IMG/VR virus record: IMGVR_UViG_3300009180_000022
Direction: 5' to 3' (one strand)
Source: a virus
Length of the DNA stretch: 64,000 nucleotides
Of this stretch, positions 15,249 to 23,200 are shown piece after piece; within the stretch, counting starts at the first letter, position 1; the number at the start of each line of letters is the position of its first letter. Both the position numbers and the translations under genes were made by a program. Under the pieces are notes generated by a model. That model saw only the letters and a list, made by a program, of their open reading frames with translations, had not been told where the DNA came from and did not search any database.

Positions 15249-16688
15249 ATGTCAACATTCGTAGAAGCCGTAGTAAATCAAGAAGCCCGTACTGCCAATG
15301 GCATGAAGGCACGCAAGTCTACTGCTAACGCAGTCGTAGACCTATTCTACAACATCGGTGCATCACGTGGCAAGAACGTGATTCCAGCCTTCACCGCTGC
15401 ATTCGCAGAAGATAAGGCCCTTGCCCTGCGCGTTGCCGCATGGGCTCGTGATGTTCGTGGTGGTGCAGGTGAGCGTCAACTGTTTCGTGATATTCTAGTA
15501 CACCTAGAACACAATGATCGCGCAGCAGCAAAGGCACTTGTTGCCAAGGTCCCAGAATTAGGACGTTGGGATGACTTGTTCGTTTTCAATTCTAAGGAAA
15601 TGAAGACTGCAGCATATACATTGCTTGGTAACGCTTTGCGTGAAAAGAATGGACTTGCTGCTAAGTGGACACCTCGTCAAGGTAAGATTGCAGCTGAAGT
15701 TCGTGAGTTCTTCGGTATGTCGCCAAAGTTCTATCGTAAGTCCTTAGTTGAAATGACCAAGGTAGTGGAATCGCAAATGTGCGCAAAAGACTGGAATGAG
15801 ATTAACTTCTCGCATGTTCCATCTGTAGCTGCATCGCGTTACAAGAAGGCATTTAACCGTAACACTCCAGCTTATGCAGCATATGTTGCAGAGTTGATGA
15901 AGGATCCAAAGGATCGTACAATAGAGGTTAAGGTTAATGCTGGCGCAGTATACCCATATGATGTACTGAAAGGTCGCATCTCTGGTTATGGTATGTCGTT
16001 TGACAAGACAGAATTGGACTTGATCCAAAAGCAATGGGAAGCACTACCTAACTTTGTTGGGGATGCAAACATTCTGCCTTTGGTTGACGTTTCTGGTTCT
16101 ATGACTTGCGCAGCAGGCGGGGTTGGATCGAAGTCTAAGCTGACTTGTTTGGAAGTTGCAGTCTCTCTGGGATTGTATCTTGCAGATAAGAATAAGGGTA
16201 AGTTCAAGGATACGTTCCTGACTTTCTCTAGCAAGCCAGAGTTGGTGACTTTGAAGGGTAACATTAATGAGAAGATTAGCCAAATGATTTCTTCTGATTG
16301 GGGAATGTCTACTGACTTGATTCGTGCGTTCGATAAGATCCTTAGCGTAGCAGTTAATGGTAAAGTACCTAATAGCGAGATGCCAGAAATGTTGCTTATC
16401 CTTTCGGACATGCAATTTAACCAATGCATTAAGCACGATGACTCGGCAATCGAAATGATTACACGTAAGTACGAAGCAGCAGGATACGCCTTACCAAAGG
16501 TTGTGTTCTGGAACTTGAATGCATCATACGGCAATGTGCCGGTGAAGTTTGACAAGTCTGGCACTGCATTGGTTTCGGGGTTCTCTCCAGCCATTGTTAA
16601 GCCTCTGCTATCTGGTGATATGGAAGACTTTTCGCCAGCTGCTGTGATGATGAAAACCATCATGGATGACCGTTATGCTGTAATCTAA
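15249..16688 (+). CDS. DUF2828-like helical domain + vWA (MIDAS) protein, Ro60/TROVE-like architecture
   Basis: RDVRGGAGER, GRWDDL, LAAKWTPR, DVSGSM MIDAS, WGMSTD, LSDMQF, VVFWNL, LVSGFSP. Confidence 0.75.
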   Translation: MSTFVEAVVNQEARTANGMKARKSTANAVVDLFYNIGASRGKNVIPAFTAAFAEDKALALRVAAWARDVRGGAGERQLFRDILVHLEHNDRAAAKALVAKVPELGRWDDLFVFNSKEMKTAAYTLLGNALREKNGLAAKWTPRQGKIAAEVREFFGMSPKFYRKSLVEMTKVVESQMCAKDWNEINFSHVPSVAASRYKKAFNRNTPAYAAYVAELMKDPKDRTIEVKVNAGAVYPYDVLKGRISGYGMSFDKTELDLIQKQWEALPNFVGDANILPLVDVSGSMTCAAGGVGSKSKLTCLEVAVSLGLYLADKNKGKFKDTFLTFSSKPELVTLKGNINEKISQMISSDWGMSTDLIRAFDKILSVAVNGKVPNSEMPEMLLILSDMQFNQCIKHDDSAIEMITRKYEAAGYALPKVVFWNLNASYGNVPVKFDKSGTALVSGFSPAIVKPLLSGDMEDFSPAAVMMKTIMDDRYAVI

Positions 16689-16696
16689 GCATGACA

Positions 16697-16721
16697 GAGG
16701 ACTCGAAAGAGTCCTCATTTT
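16697..16721 (+). terminator. rho-independent terminator
   Basis: GAGGACTC-GAAA-GAGTCCTC followed by ATTTT. Confidence 0.7.
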
Positions 16722-16755
16722 GAAGTGTACTGGTAGTTCATTTCAAAATGAAAAA

Positions 16756-16841
16756 GGAAGACTCCCATAATGGTATTGGAGCGGCTTGCTAAGCCGTCGA
16801 CCGGAAACGGTTTCGGGGTTCGAGTCCCCGGTCTTCCGCCA
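16756..16841 (+). tRNA. tRNA-Ser(GCT)
   Basis: GCGGC-TT-GCT-AA-GCCGT; long variable arm; G73; CCA. Confidence 0.88.
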
Positions 16842-16876
16842 ATCATAAGTAGATTTTTTAAACAAAAGGTTATATA

Positions 16877-17041
16877 ATGAGATCAAAGACGAACAGTAAC
16901 TTTAAGCTTACAAAACGTACTAAGACAATCTTGGCAATAGTTAAGTTTAGTGATCCGCATGTGCGTGGTGCGTTTAAAAGCATGATGATTGATGCACAGG
17001 TAGCAGCAGCAATGCCGGCACCTAAGAAAGAAACGAAGTAA
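16877..17041 (+). CDS. small hypothetical protein (54 aa)
   Basis: MRSKTNSNFKLTKRTKTILAIVKFSDPHVRGAFKSMMIDAQ...; fills gap between tRNAs. Confidence 0.5.
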   Translation: MRSKTNSNFKLTKRTKTILAIVKFSDPHVRGAFKSMMIDAQVAAAMPAPKKETK

Positions 17042-17048
17042 AGAATAT

Positions 17049-17124
17049 TGGCATATAGCTCAGTCGGTAGAGCGTTTGACTGTTAATCAAAATGTCCCTG
17101 GTTCGAGCCCAGGTTTGCCAGCCA
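17049..17124 (+). tRNA. tRNA-Asn(GTT)
   Basis: TTTGA-CT-GTT-AA-TCAAA; G73; CCA. Confidence 0.92.
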
Positions 17125-17131
17125 AAATTAT

Positions 17132-17210
17132 CGCGGAGTAGGGGAGTCTAGCCGTCCCCGGAAGTCTCATAAGCTTCAGATCGCAGGTGCGAATCCTGCC
17201 TCCGCAACCA
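17132..17210 (+). tRNA. tRNA-Met(CAT), initiator-like
   Basis: C1:A72 mismatch; CT-CAT-AA loop; ACCA. Confidence 0.8.
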
Positions 17211-17215
17211 ACATT

Positions 17216-17290
17216 GGTCGTGTGGCGTAGATGGATGCGCACCGCCCTCATAAGGCGAGGAGGTTGGATCGATACCAACCATGACCACCA
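17216..17290 (+). tRNA. tRNA-CAT (Met or Ile2)
   Basis: CGCC-CT-CAT-AA-GGCG; atypical T loop ATCGATA; ACCA. Confidence 0.75.
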
Positions 17291-17296
17291 TACGAT

Positions 17297-17848
17297 ATGA
17301 GCAACTTTAAATTTATTGAGCAAGATGTAAATATAGCAAAGATCTTAAAGCAGGTATTAGATAATCCTGCTGACTGGCAAGCTGTATCTTCTTACAAAAA
17401 CATTGAAGGTGATTTAAATCCTTATGGGTTTCTTCCACTCGTTATGGCCATGGTTAAGCATAAAGGTGATGATCCAAAGAATACAGAGATGCAATCAAGG
17501 ACTCCTTTGTATGACAAGTATACAGAGATTCGTAAGTGGTTAAGGCAGCGTAATATAACGACTACATCCCGGGCTGCTTTCTTTAGGTTAAAACCGGGCG
17601 GGACTGTTGGTAGGCATATTGATGAAGGAACTTACTACCTTACAAGGGATAGATTTCACCTATCCCTACAAGGCAGTTATAAGTATACTGTTGATGAAGA
17701 AGTACATATAATTAAACCAGGAACGTTTTTTTGGTTTAATAACAAGAAGTATCACGAAGCAGAGAACGTTAGTGATATAGATCGTGTTACGTTTGTATTC
17801 GATGTACCGCATTCGCTGCGACCGATACATAAGTTATTAAAAGTTTAA
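17297..17848 (+). CDS. Asp/Asn beta-hydroxylase-like 2OG-Fe(II) dioxygenase
   Basis: LKPGGTVGRHID (HxD), RFHLSL, WFNNKKYHEAEN, RVTFVFD. Confidence 0.8.
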   Translation: MSNFKFIEQDVNIAKILKQVLDNPADWQAVSSYKNIEGDLNPYGFLPLVMAMVKHKGDDPKNTEMQSRTPLYDKYTEIRKWLRQRNITTTSRAAFFRLKPGGTVGRHIDEGTYYLTRDRFHLSLQGSYKYTVDEEVHIIKPGTFFWFNNKKYHEAENVSDIDRVTFVFDVPHSLRPIHKLLKV

Positions 17849-17849
17849 T

Positions 17850-17924
17850 GCCTGGTTAGCTCAGGGGGAGAGCGGCTGCCTTACACGCAGCGGGTCGGCG
17901 GTTCGAAACCGTCACCAGGTACCA
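17850..17924 (+). tRNA. tRNA-Val(TAC)
   Basis: GCTGC-CT-TAC-AC-GCAGC; ACCA. Confidence 0.92.
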
Positions 17925-17938
17925 AATAGGAGTTTGCA

Positions 17939-18073
17939 ATGGCTAATGTGAAGCAAGGCAATTTAACCAAGAGTCCACAATGGTGGAAACATCTAAAGGA
18001 CTTTAAGCGTTTCTTTTGGAAGGCAGAGCGCAAAGCACAACAAAAAGACATTAAGGGAAGATTGTATGAGTGA
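17939..18073 (+). CDS. small hypothetical protein (44 aa)
   Basis: SD AGGAG; MANVKQGNLTKSPQWWKHLKDFKRFFWKAER... Confidence 0.6.
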   Translation: MANVKQGNLTKSPQWWKHLKDFKRFFWKAERKAQQKDIKGRLYE

Positions 18074-18254
18074 TGGTGGTAAGGGGGCTGCACCAAGACC
18101 ATACAGTGTAAGCAATCAAGAATATGCTGAACGTTGGGATGCTATTTTCCAGCGTGATCAACGCGAAAAAGCTCTTGACGAGATGGTAAGAATAAGTGAA
18201 GAATTAGGCCTATATGATATGGATCCTTCTGAGAATCCATTGATTAAAAAATAA
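18066..18254 (+). CDS. small hypothetical protein
   Basis: MSDGGKGAAPRPYSVS...WDAIF; overlaps upstream stop. Confidence 0.65.
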   Translation: MSDGGKGAAPRPYSVSNQEYAERWDAIFQRDQREKALDEMVRISEELGLYDMDPSENPLIKK

Positions 18255-18255
18255 T

Positions 18256-18330
18256 GTATCTTTAGTGTTAATGGCAGCACGACAGTCTCCAAAACTGATA
18301 GTGAGGGTTCGAGTCCTTCAAGATACGCCA
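18256..18330 (+). tRNA. tRNA-Trp(CCA)
   Basis: CAGT-CT-CCA-AA-ACTG; G73; CCA. Confidence 0.88.
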
Positions 18331-18419
18331 AGTATGATGGTTGAGTCGCACTCAACTAATCTTAGGGATATACGTTAGCCTAAGTTAAAATAAAAAAAAT
18401 CGTGTACAGATTTATTAAC

Positions 18420-18493
18420 GCGTGTGTAGTTTAGTGGTAAAATCAAACGTTGCCAACGTTTAGTTGAGGGTTCGATTCCCTCCACCCGCACCA
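18420..18493 (+). tRNA. tRNA-Gly(GCC)
   Basis: AAACG-TT-GCC-AA-CGTTT; ACCA. Confidence 0.85.
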
Positions 18494-18505
18494 TTGAAAG
18501 CCACT

Positions 18506-18763
18506 ATGAAACTTGTTCCGATTAAAAATAGAATTGCTGTCATCAAGCTTAAGAATAAACTTGAAACAGAATCCGGTATTGTACTTACCAAGAGTACAGG
18601 TGAGGTTGATAGAGCCAAGGTTATCTCTATAGGACCTGATGTTATGACAGTTTCAGAGAACGATGTGCTATTGATCGATTGGAACAAAGCATCCATGACC
18701 AAGATTGATGATAATCCTATCTACCTTATCAGCGAAGATGATGTCGTCGCTGTATACGAATAA
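18506..18763 (+). CDS. groES: GroES-like co-chaperonin
   Basis: LVPIKNRIAV, TESGIVL mobile loop, AKVISIGPDV, LISEDDVVAV. Confidence 0.85.
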   Translation: MKLVPIKNRIAVIKLKNKLETESGIVLTKSTGEVDRAKVISIGPDVMTVSENDVLLIDWNKASMTKIDDNPIYLISEDDVVAVYE

Positions 18764-18778
18764 CTACCTAATTTCAAC

Positions 18779-18852
18779 GCTCTCATAGTATAACGGCAAT
18801 ACACGTCCTTGGTAAGGACGAGCACCAAGTTCGATTCTTGGTGGGAGCACCA
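18779..18852 (+). tRNA. tRNA-Thr(GGT)
   Basis: CGTCC-TT-GGT-AA-GGACG; ACCA. Confidence 0.9.
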
Positions 18853-18853
18853 G

Positions 18854-18882
18854 TTGCATTTTTTTCATAAGATAGCTATAAT
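18854..18882 (+). promoter_or_regulatory. sigma70-type promoter
   Basis: TTGCAT-17bp-TATAAT. Confidence 0.65.
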
Positions 18883-18896
18883 AACATATGTTCAAG

Positions 18897-18973
18897 GCGC
18901 CGGTAGCTTAGAGGCCCAAAGCAGCGGACTCATAATCCGTTGATCGAGAGTTCGAATCTCTCCCGTCGCACCA
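18897..18973 (+). tRNA. tRNA-CAT (Ile2 or Met)
   Basis: GCGGA-CT-CAT-AA-TCCGT; ACCA. Confidence 0.82.
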
Positions 18974-18979
18974 TTTATT

Positions 18980-19141
18980 ATGATTAAAGAAAAAAAGACT
19001 GTTACTGTTAAAGAACTTAGAAAATTAAATAAGTGGCCGTTCCCCTTATGGGAGAATGGTAAGATGGTAATAACTGAAGTTAAAGCAAAGAGAGTCCCTA
19101 AACCAGACTGGTACAAAGAAGCAGGCCCAGCACCTTTTTGA
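18980..19141 (+). CDS. small hypothetical protein (53 aa)
   Basis: MIKEKKTVTVKELRKLNKWPFPLW...; fills gap before next gene. Confidence 0.5.
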   Translation: MIKEKKTVTVKELRKLNKWPFPLWENGKMVITEVKAKRVPKPDWYKEAGPAPF

Positions 19142-19148
19142 GAATGAT

Positions 19149-19628
19149 ATGAGAAAACTAGATTTAACCGAAGTAAAGAATTTTATCCAAGCCCAAAGCC
19201 TGGAAACAAAGATCTATATCGGCGCCGATTCAGAACGATACCAAAAAGTAATTGATGGACGCAATCAATGGTTTGCCGATTACATTTTAGTTGTGGTTGT
19301 TCATATTGATGGATGCCATGGCTGTAAGATCTTTGGTGAAGTGCAGACTGAACGTGACTACGATGCTAAGGCTAGTCGTCCTTCTACACGTCTTATGACC
19401 GAGGTATACAAGGTTGCTGAGTTGTTCCTTAAGATGGAAGACGTGCTTGATGGTCGGGATGTGGAGGTGCATCTTGATATTAATCCTAATGAGATGTACA
19501 CTAGTAGCATAGTGGTACAGCAAGCAGTCGGCTATATCAAAGGTGTGTGCAATATTACTCCTATGGTTAAGCCAAATGCGTTTGCAGCTTCTTATGCTGC
19601 CGACAGGTTTAAGTCAGTAATGGCTTAA
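19149..19628 (+). CDS. RNase H-like YkuK/DUF458 family protein
   Basis: IYIGADS, RLMTEV, EVHLDIN, KPNAFAASYAAD. Confidence 0.8.
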   Translation: MRKLDLTEVKNFIQAQSLETKIYIGADSERYQKVIDGRNQWFADYILVVVVHIDGCHGCKIFGEVQTERDYDAKASRPSTRLMTEVYKVAELFLKMEDVLDGRDVEVHLDINPNEMYTSSIVVQQAVGYIKGVCNITPMVKPNAFAASYAADRFKSVMA

Positions 19629-19638
19629 TGGATAAGCT

Positions 19639-19722
19639 GCGAGTGTGGTGGAACGGTATACACAGGGGACTTAAAATCCCCCGCTGAAAGGCATGCGGGT
19701 TCGAGTCCCGCCACTCGCACCA
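19639..19722 (+). tRNA. tRNA-Leu(TAA)
   Basis: GGGGA-CT-TAA-AA-TCCCC; long variable arm; ACCA. Confidence 0.92.
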
Positions 19723-19758
19723 ACCCTAAATATGGTATGTCTTAGTAAAGGAGATACC

Positions 19759-20022
19759 ATGAAACTTTCTGTACTAGAGCGTCATAATCTCATAGAGATG
19801 ATTGAGACGCATACCTTCTACGGTATACCACTAAACACAATCGAGCCAGAAATCCTAGATGAAATAGACACTAGGGAAGCTCAAATTCTCTACATAGTTG
19901 CAAGCATGATCGGGTGGGAAATTCGTGACCAGGAGTCATTCGAGATTTTTCCCTTTGAAGCTGAGAATTACCTCAAAAAATTCCGTAAAAATCCCAGTGA
20001 AAAAAGTGAAAAAAACAGTTGA
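19759..20022 (+). CDS. hypothetical protein
   Basis: SD AAGGAG before ATG 19759. Confidence 0.55.
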   Translation: MKLSVLERHNLIEMIETHTFYGIPLNTIEPEILDEIDTREAQILYIVASMIGWEIRDQESFEIFPFEAENYLKKFRKNPSEKSEKNS

Positions 20023-20047
20023 TTTAATTTCGTAATTACGTTATAAT
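20019..20047 (+). promoter_or_regulatory. sigma70-type early promoter
   Basis: TTGATT-17bp-TATAAT with A-rich UP element. Confidence 0.8.
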
Positions 20048-20092
20048 TAATTGTGGACGTTGAAATAACCACTTAACTTAAAGGACTATATC

Positions 20093-20434
20093 ATGAGTAA
20101 TCTATTGACTGCTATCGAAATCGTTAAAGCCTGTAAAGGTGAGAAGAAGGCTTGTCTGGAGGCTATCCAGACCGAACTGAATGTGACGCGTGCTAATGCA
20201 TCTGTCTATCTGTTTAAGGCTAATAAAGCGCTTGCTGCTAAGGCTTCTGAGCCTGAAGTTCAGGTACCTGAAGTATCTAAGCCGGTTGCTGTAAGTAAGC
20301 CTGCTGTGGAATATTCTGCTGAAGAATATGCTGAGTACGCAACTGCAATGGACGAACGTGCTAACCAGGATCTATCTTCGATGGAAATCGGCGAGTACTT
20401 TGCAATGATGGATAACCTGCAGGAGTTTGCATGA
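20093..20434 (+). CDS. hypothetical early protein with N-terminal HTH-like motif
   Basis: SD AAGGA; AIQTELNVTRANASVYLFK. Confidence 0.7.
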   Translation: MSNLLTAIEIVKACKGEKKACLEAIQTELNVTRANASVYLFKANKALAAKASEPEVQVPEVSKPVAVSKPAVEYSAEEYAEYATAMDERANQDLSSMEIGEYFAMMDNLQEFA

Positions 20435-20622
20435 GATTTAGTTCAATGAGAATGATGCAGCATTGTTATCAATTAGAGGAAGATGAGATGGTCAAGGTCG
20501 CTGGCCAGCTCATATACGAAACTGATTTGGATCACGATCAGATTATCGATCGGTTTTCGGAGCTTTATGGTGAAGAAAACCTCTATATCGTAGAACAGAT
20601 TCTTGACGAAGAAAACAGTTGA
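20431..20622 (+). CDS. hypothetical acidic protein
   Basis: ATGA overlap. Confidence 0.6.
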   Translation: MRFSSMRMMQHCYQLEEDEMVKVAGQLIYETDLDHDQIIDRFSELYGEENLYIVEQILDEENS

Positions 20623-20647
20623 TTTATTTTCGTGATTAATCTATAAT
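20619..20647 (+). promoter_or_regulatory. sigma70-type early promoter
   Basis: TTGATT-17bp-TATAAT. Confidence 0.75.
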
Positions 20648-20678
20648 TGATTTATATTAACTAAACGAGGCTCTTAAA

Positions 20679-21641
20679 ATGGCACATGAAATCGAAGTCA
20701 TCGACGGTAAAGCATATATGGCATATGCAGGAGAAACTCCTTGGCATGGTCTTGGTAAAGCTGTTCCGAGTGATCTGTCCCCAGAACAAATGCTTAAGGC
20801 AGCTAATCTGGATTGGACGGTAGAGAAGGTTCCTGCATTTGCAAACATTCAAGGTGAAAATACCGCGGTGGGTTGGAGTGCTCTGGTTCGTTCGAATGAT
20901 AACTCTATCCTAGACGTTGTTTCTGACGAGTGGAATCCTATTCAGAATTCGACTGCGTTTGAGTTCTTCCAAGAATATTGCCAGAATGGTGATATGGAGA
21001 TGCATACTGCTGGTTCCCTTAAGAACGGTCAGATCGTTTGGGCGTTGGCTAAGGTCAAGGATTCTTTCGAGTTGTTTAAAGGTGATCGTGTAGATTCGTA
21101 TCTACTGTTTACCAACCCCCACCGCTTTGGTCAGTCGATCGATATCCGGTTTACTCCTATTCGAGTGGTGTGTAATAATACCCTTACTTTAAGCTTGAAC
21201 CAACAGGCCGAACGTATGATTAAGAAAAGTCATCGTAGCCTGTTTGATGCAAGCAAGGTTAAGGAAGAACTCGGTATTGCTACGAATAAGCTTGCCAAGT
21301 ACAAAGAGATGGCTGAATTCTTGGGAAGCAAACGCTATACTAATGATACCATTAAGAATTACTTCCGTGAAGTGTTTCCTACGTTCTCTAAGAATAAGGA
21401 GAACGATTCTGAGACGTTGTCACGTGGTGCTAAGTCGGCTATCGCTATCCTAGAGACTCAACCAGGCGCGCAGTACGCCGAAGGTAGCTGGTGGCAGGCA
21501 TTTAACGCTGTAACGTTCCTGACTGATCACAAGATTGGACGTTCAGCTGATACCCGTCTACAGTCAGCCTGGTTTGGTCCTAATAAGAACCTGAAGATCA
21601 AGGCGCTAGAGACAGCTATCGAATACGCTGAAGCTGCCTAA
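20679..21641 (+). CDS. DUF932/DUF945-family phage/plasmid-like protein
   Basis: MAHEIE, TPWHGLG, TAGSLKNG, TPIRVVCNNTL, WQAFNAVT. Confidence 0.85.
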   Translation: MAHEIEVIDGKAYMAYAGETPWHGLGKAVPSDLSPEQMLKAANLDWTVEKVPAFANIQGENTAVGWSALVRSNDNSILDVVSDEWNPIQNSTAFEFFQEYCQNGDMEMHTAGSLKNGQIVWALAKVKDSFELFKGDRVDSYLLFTNPHRFGQSIDIRFTPIRVVCNNTLTLSLNQQAERMIKKSHRSLFDASKVKEELGIATNKLAKYKEMAEFLGSKRYTNDTIKNYFREVFPTFSKNKENDSETLSRGAKSAIAILETQPGAQYAEGSWWQAFNAVTFLTDHKIGRSADTRLQSAWFGPNKNLKIKALETAIEYAEAA

Positions 21642-21669
21642 GTAAGATACGGTGCAGGAATGCACCGGT

Positions 21670-21992
21670 TATAGTTGTATGAAGTAAATCAAAAATGGTT
21701 CTGGATGGGGGTGCAAATCCCCCCACCTCCACCATAAACATATTGTATAAACGCATGAGCAGGTTTTACACTACCGCTGGTTACGTATAGAATCGTAAGT
21801 GAGTGTAGACAGTATGTTTTTGATGGGGGTGTACTCAGTATTCGACAGGGCAACAAGTAGACGCATGGACAACTCGACATATCTCGTCGTTAACAGTAAA
21901 ACAAAGTAAACGCAAACGACTCACAGTTCGCATTAGCAGCCTAAACACTGCTTAGGGTTTCGGTAGGTTTCCTCGTAACAGAATAACCTACC
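21670..21992 (+). ncRNA. ssrA: permuted (two-piece) tmRNA; tag ANDSQFALAA
   Basis: T arm + CACCTCC-A-CCA (21724-21734) lies upstream of GGGGGTG...TTCGAC (from 21825), giving G3:U70; tag reading frame 21912-21944; outer ends approximate. Confidence 0.88.
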
Positions 21993-22084
21993 ATCTTTAC
22001 CTCTCCTAAAAGGAATGTAACATCGTTACACTAGTGGCATTATTAATCTATAATCCCTATAATGAGGTTCAATGAAAGGAAAAT

Positions 22085-22654
22085 ATGTTTGAAAAATACA
22101 TGAGACATTTTACGCTCATCGCTATCGCTTTCTTTAAAGCCTTATTTTTGCTTGCAATAGTCTACGCTATCTATTCCGGTATGTCCTGGGCAATCGAAAG
22201 AAGCACTAATCAGTATAATGCAATATACGCAACTCCGGCTGCAATATCGTTAAAGGAACGTGAGAGACAGCTCCAATGCTTAACCCAGAATATATATTGG
22301 GAAGCTGGTAACGAACCGTTTGAAGGTAAAGTGGCTGTAGCACAGGTTACTATCAATCGTTCAAATAGCAGCAAATTCCCTAATGATGTATGTAAGGTAG
22401 TATATCAGAAGAATGTATTCCTAAGTAAGGTCGTATGTCAGTTCTCCTGGTTTTGTGAGAACAACTTTAAGCTTAAACCTGTATACAAGCCTTCATATGA
22501 TGAATCTGAAGCTGTAGCCAGGAAGGTATTGCTAGAAGGATTTAGATTGGATGGATTAAAGGAGGCAATGTACTATCATGCTGACTACGTTAATCCAAAA
22601 TGGAACAAAGAAAAGATAGCTGTTGTTGGTCGTCATATCTTCTACAAGGAATAA
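22085..22654 (+). CDS. SleB-like cell wall hydrolase (Hydrolase_2) with N-terminal TM anchor
   Basis: CLTQNIYWEAGNEPFEGKVAVAQVTINR, CQFSW, YYHADYVNPKW, GRHIFY. Confidence 0.88.
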   Translation: MFEKYMRHFTLIAIAFFKALFLLAIVYAIYSGMSWAIERSTNQYNAIYATPAAISLKERERQLQCLTQNIYWEAGNEPFEGKVAVAQVTINRSNSSKFPNDVCKVVYQKNVFLSKVVCQFSWFCENNFKLKPVYKPSYDESEAVARKVLLEGFRLDGLKEAMYYHADYVNPKWNKEKIAVVGRHIFYKE

Positions 22655-22655
22655 A

Positions 22656-22958
22656 ATGGTAAATAATGTTTCGCGTTACTTTAATCTGACTGTAAAGCAC
22701 TTCAGCAACATTAGTGCAAATACATTAGGGTGGTTGGCTATTGTTCTAATGCACTGTGCATTTATACCTAATCTACTATCTGTATTAATGGGTATCTCAG
22801 ATAGGCTACCTTCGGTTGATATTGTTATATTTGTTTGGGTTGGATTACTACTATTTTTTCTTAGGTCAACTCTCATTAAAGACACACTAGGTATTGTTAC
22901 GGGTGGTATTGGATTCTTTATACAAGCCGGTCTTCTTGCATTGGTGGTTTTTAAATGA
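22656..22958 (+). CDS. small multi-pass membrane protein
   Basis: three hydrophobic segments; follows the hydrolase gene. Confidence 0.65.
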   Translation: MVNNVSRYFNLTVKHFSNISANTLGWLAIVLMHCAFIPNLLSVLMGISDRLPSVDIVIFVWVGLLLFFLRSTLIKDTLGIVTGGIGFFIQAGLLALVVFK

Positions 22959-23200
22959 TAGATAATATAGAATTAACTTTCAGCAAAACACCTTCAGACT
23001 TTATGTTGGAAATTGATAAGATCGCCCAGGATAAACGACTTACGTATATCGATGCTGTAGTACATTATTGTGAGGTGAATGGGGTAGAGATTGAGACAGC
23101 TGCAGCCCTTATCAAGGGCAGTGCAAAGATGAAAGCAAAGGTTCAGCTTGATGCTGAAGAACAGAATTATTTACCGAAGACAAGGAAATTACCTATATGA
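22955..23200 (+). CDS. 33: late transcription coactivator gp33
   Basis: YIDAVVHYCEVNGVEIETAA, KAKVQLDAEEQNYL; synteny with gp59/gp32. Confidence 0.85.
   Translation: MIDNIELTFSKTPSDFMLEIDKIAQDKRLTYIDAVVHYCEVNGVEIETAAALIKGSAKMKAKVQLDAEEQNYLPKTRKLPI

Noticed and set aside
10884-21880. ORF-track entries overlapping RNA genes (10884, 11272, 12287, 13100, 13862, 13884, 17087, 17881, 18158, 18892, 21689)
   Set aside because: They overlap or are antisense to tRNA, ncRNA or tmRNA genes and translate recognisable tRNA sequence; spurious.
22085-22958. Definite holin-endolysin lysis cassette
   Set aside because: A SleB-like hydrolase plus a small membrane protein is suggestive, but no holin signature or spanins are recognisable; left unassigned.
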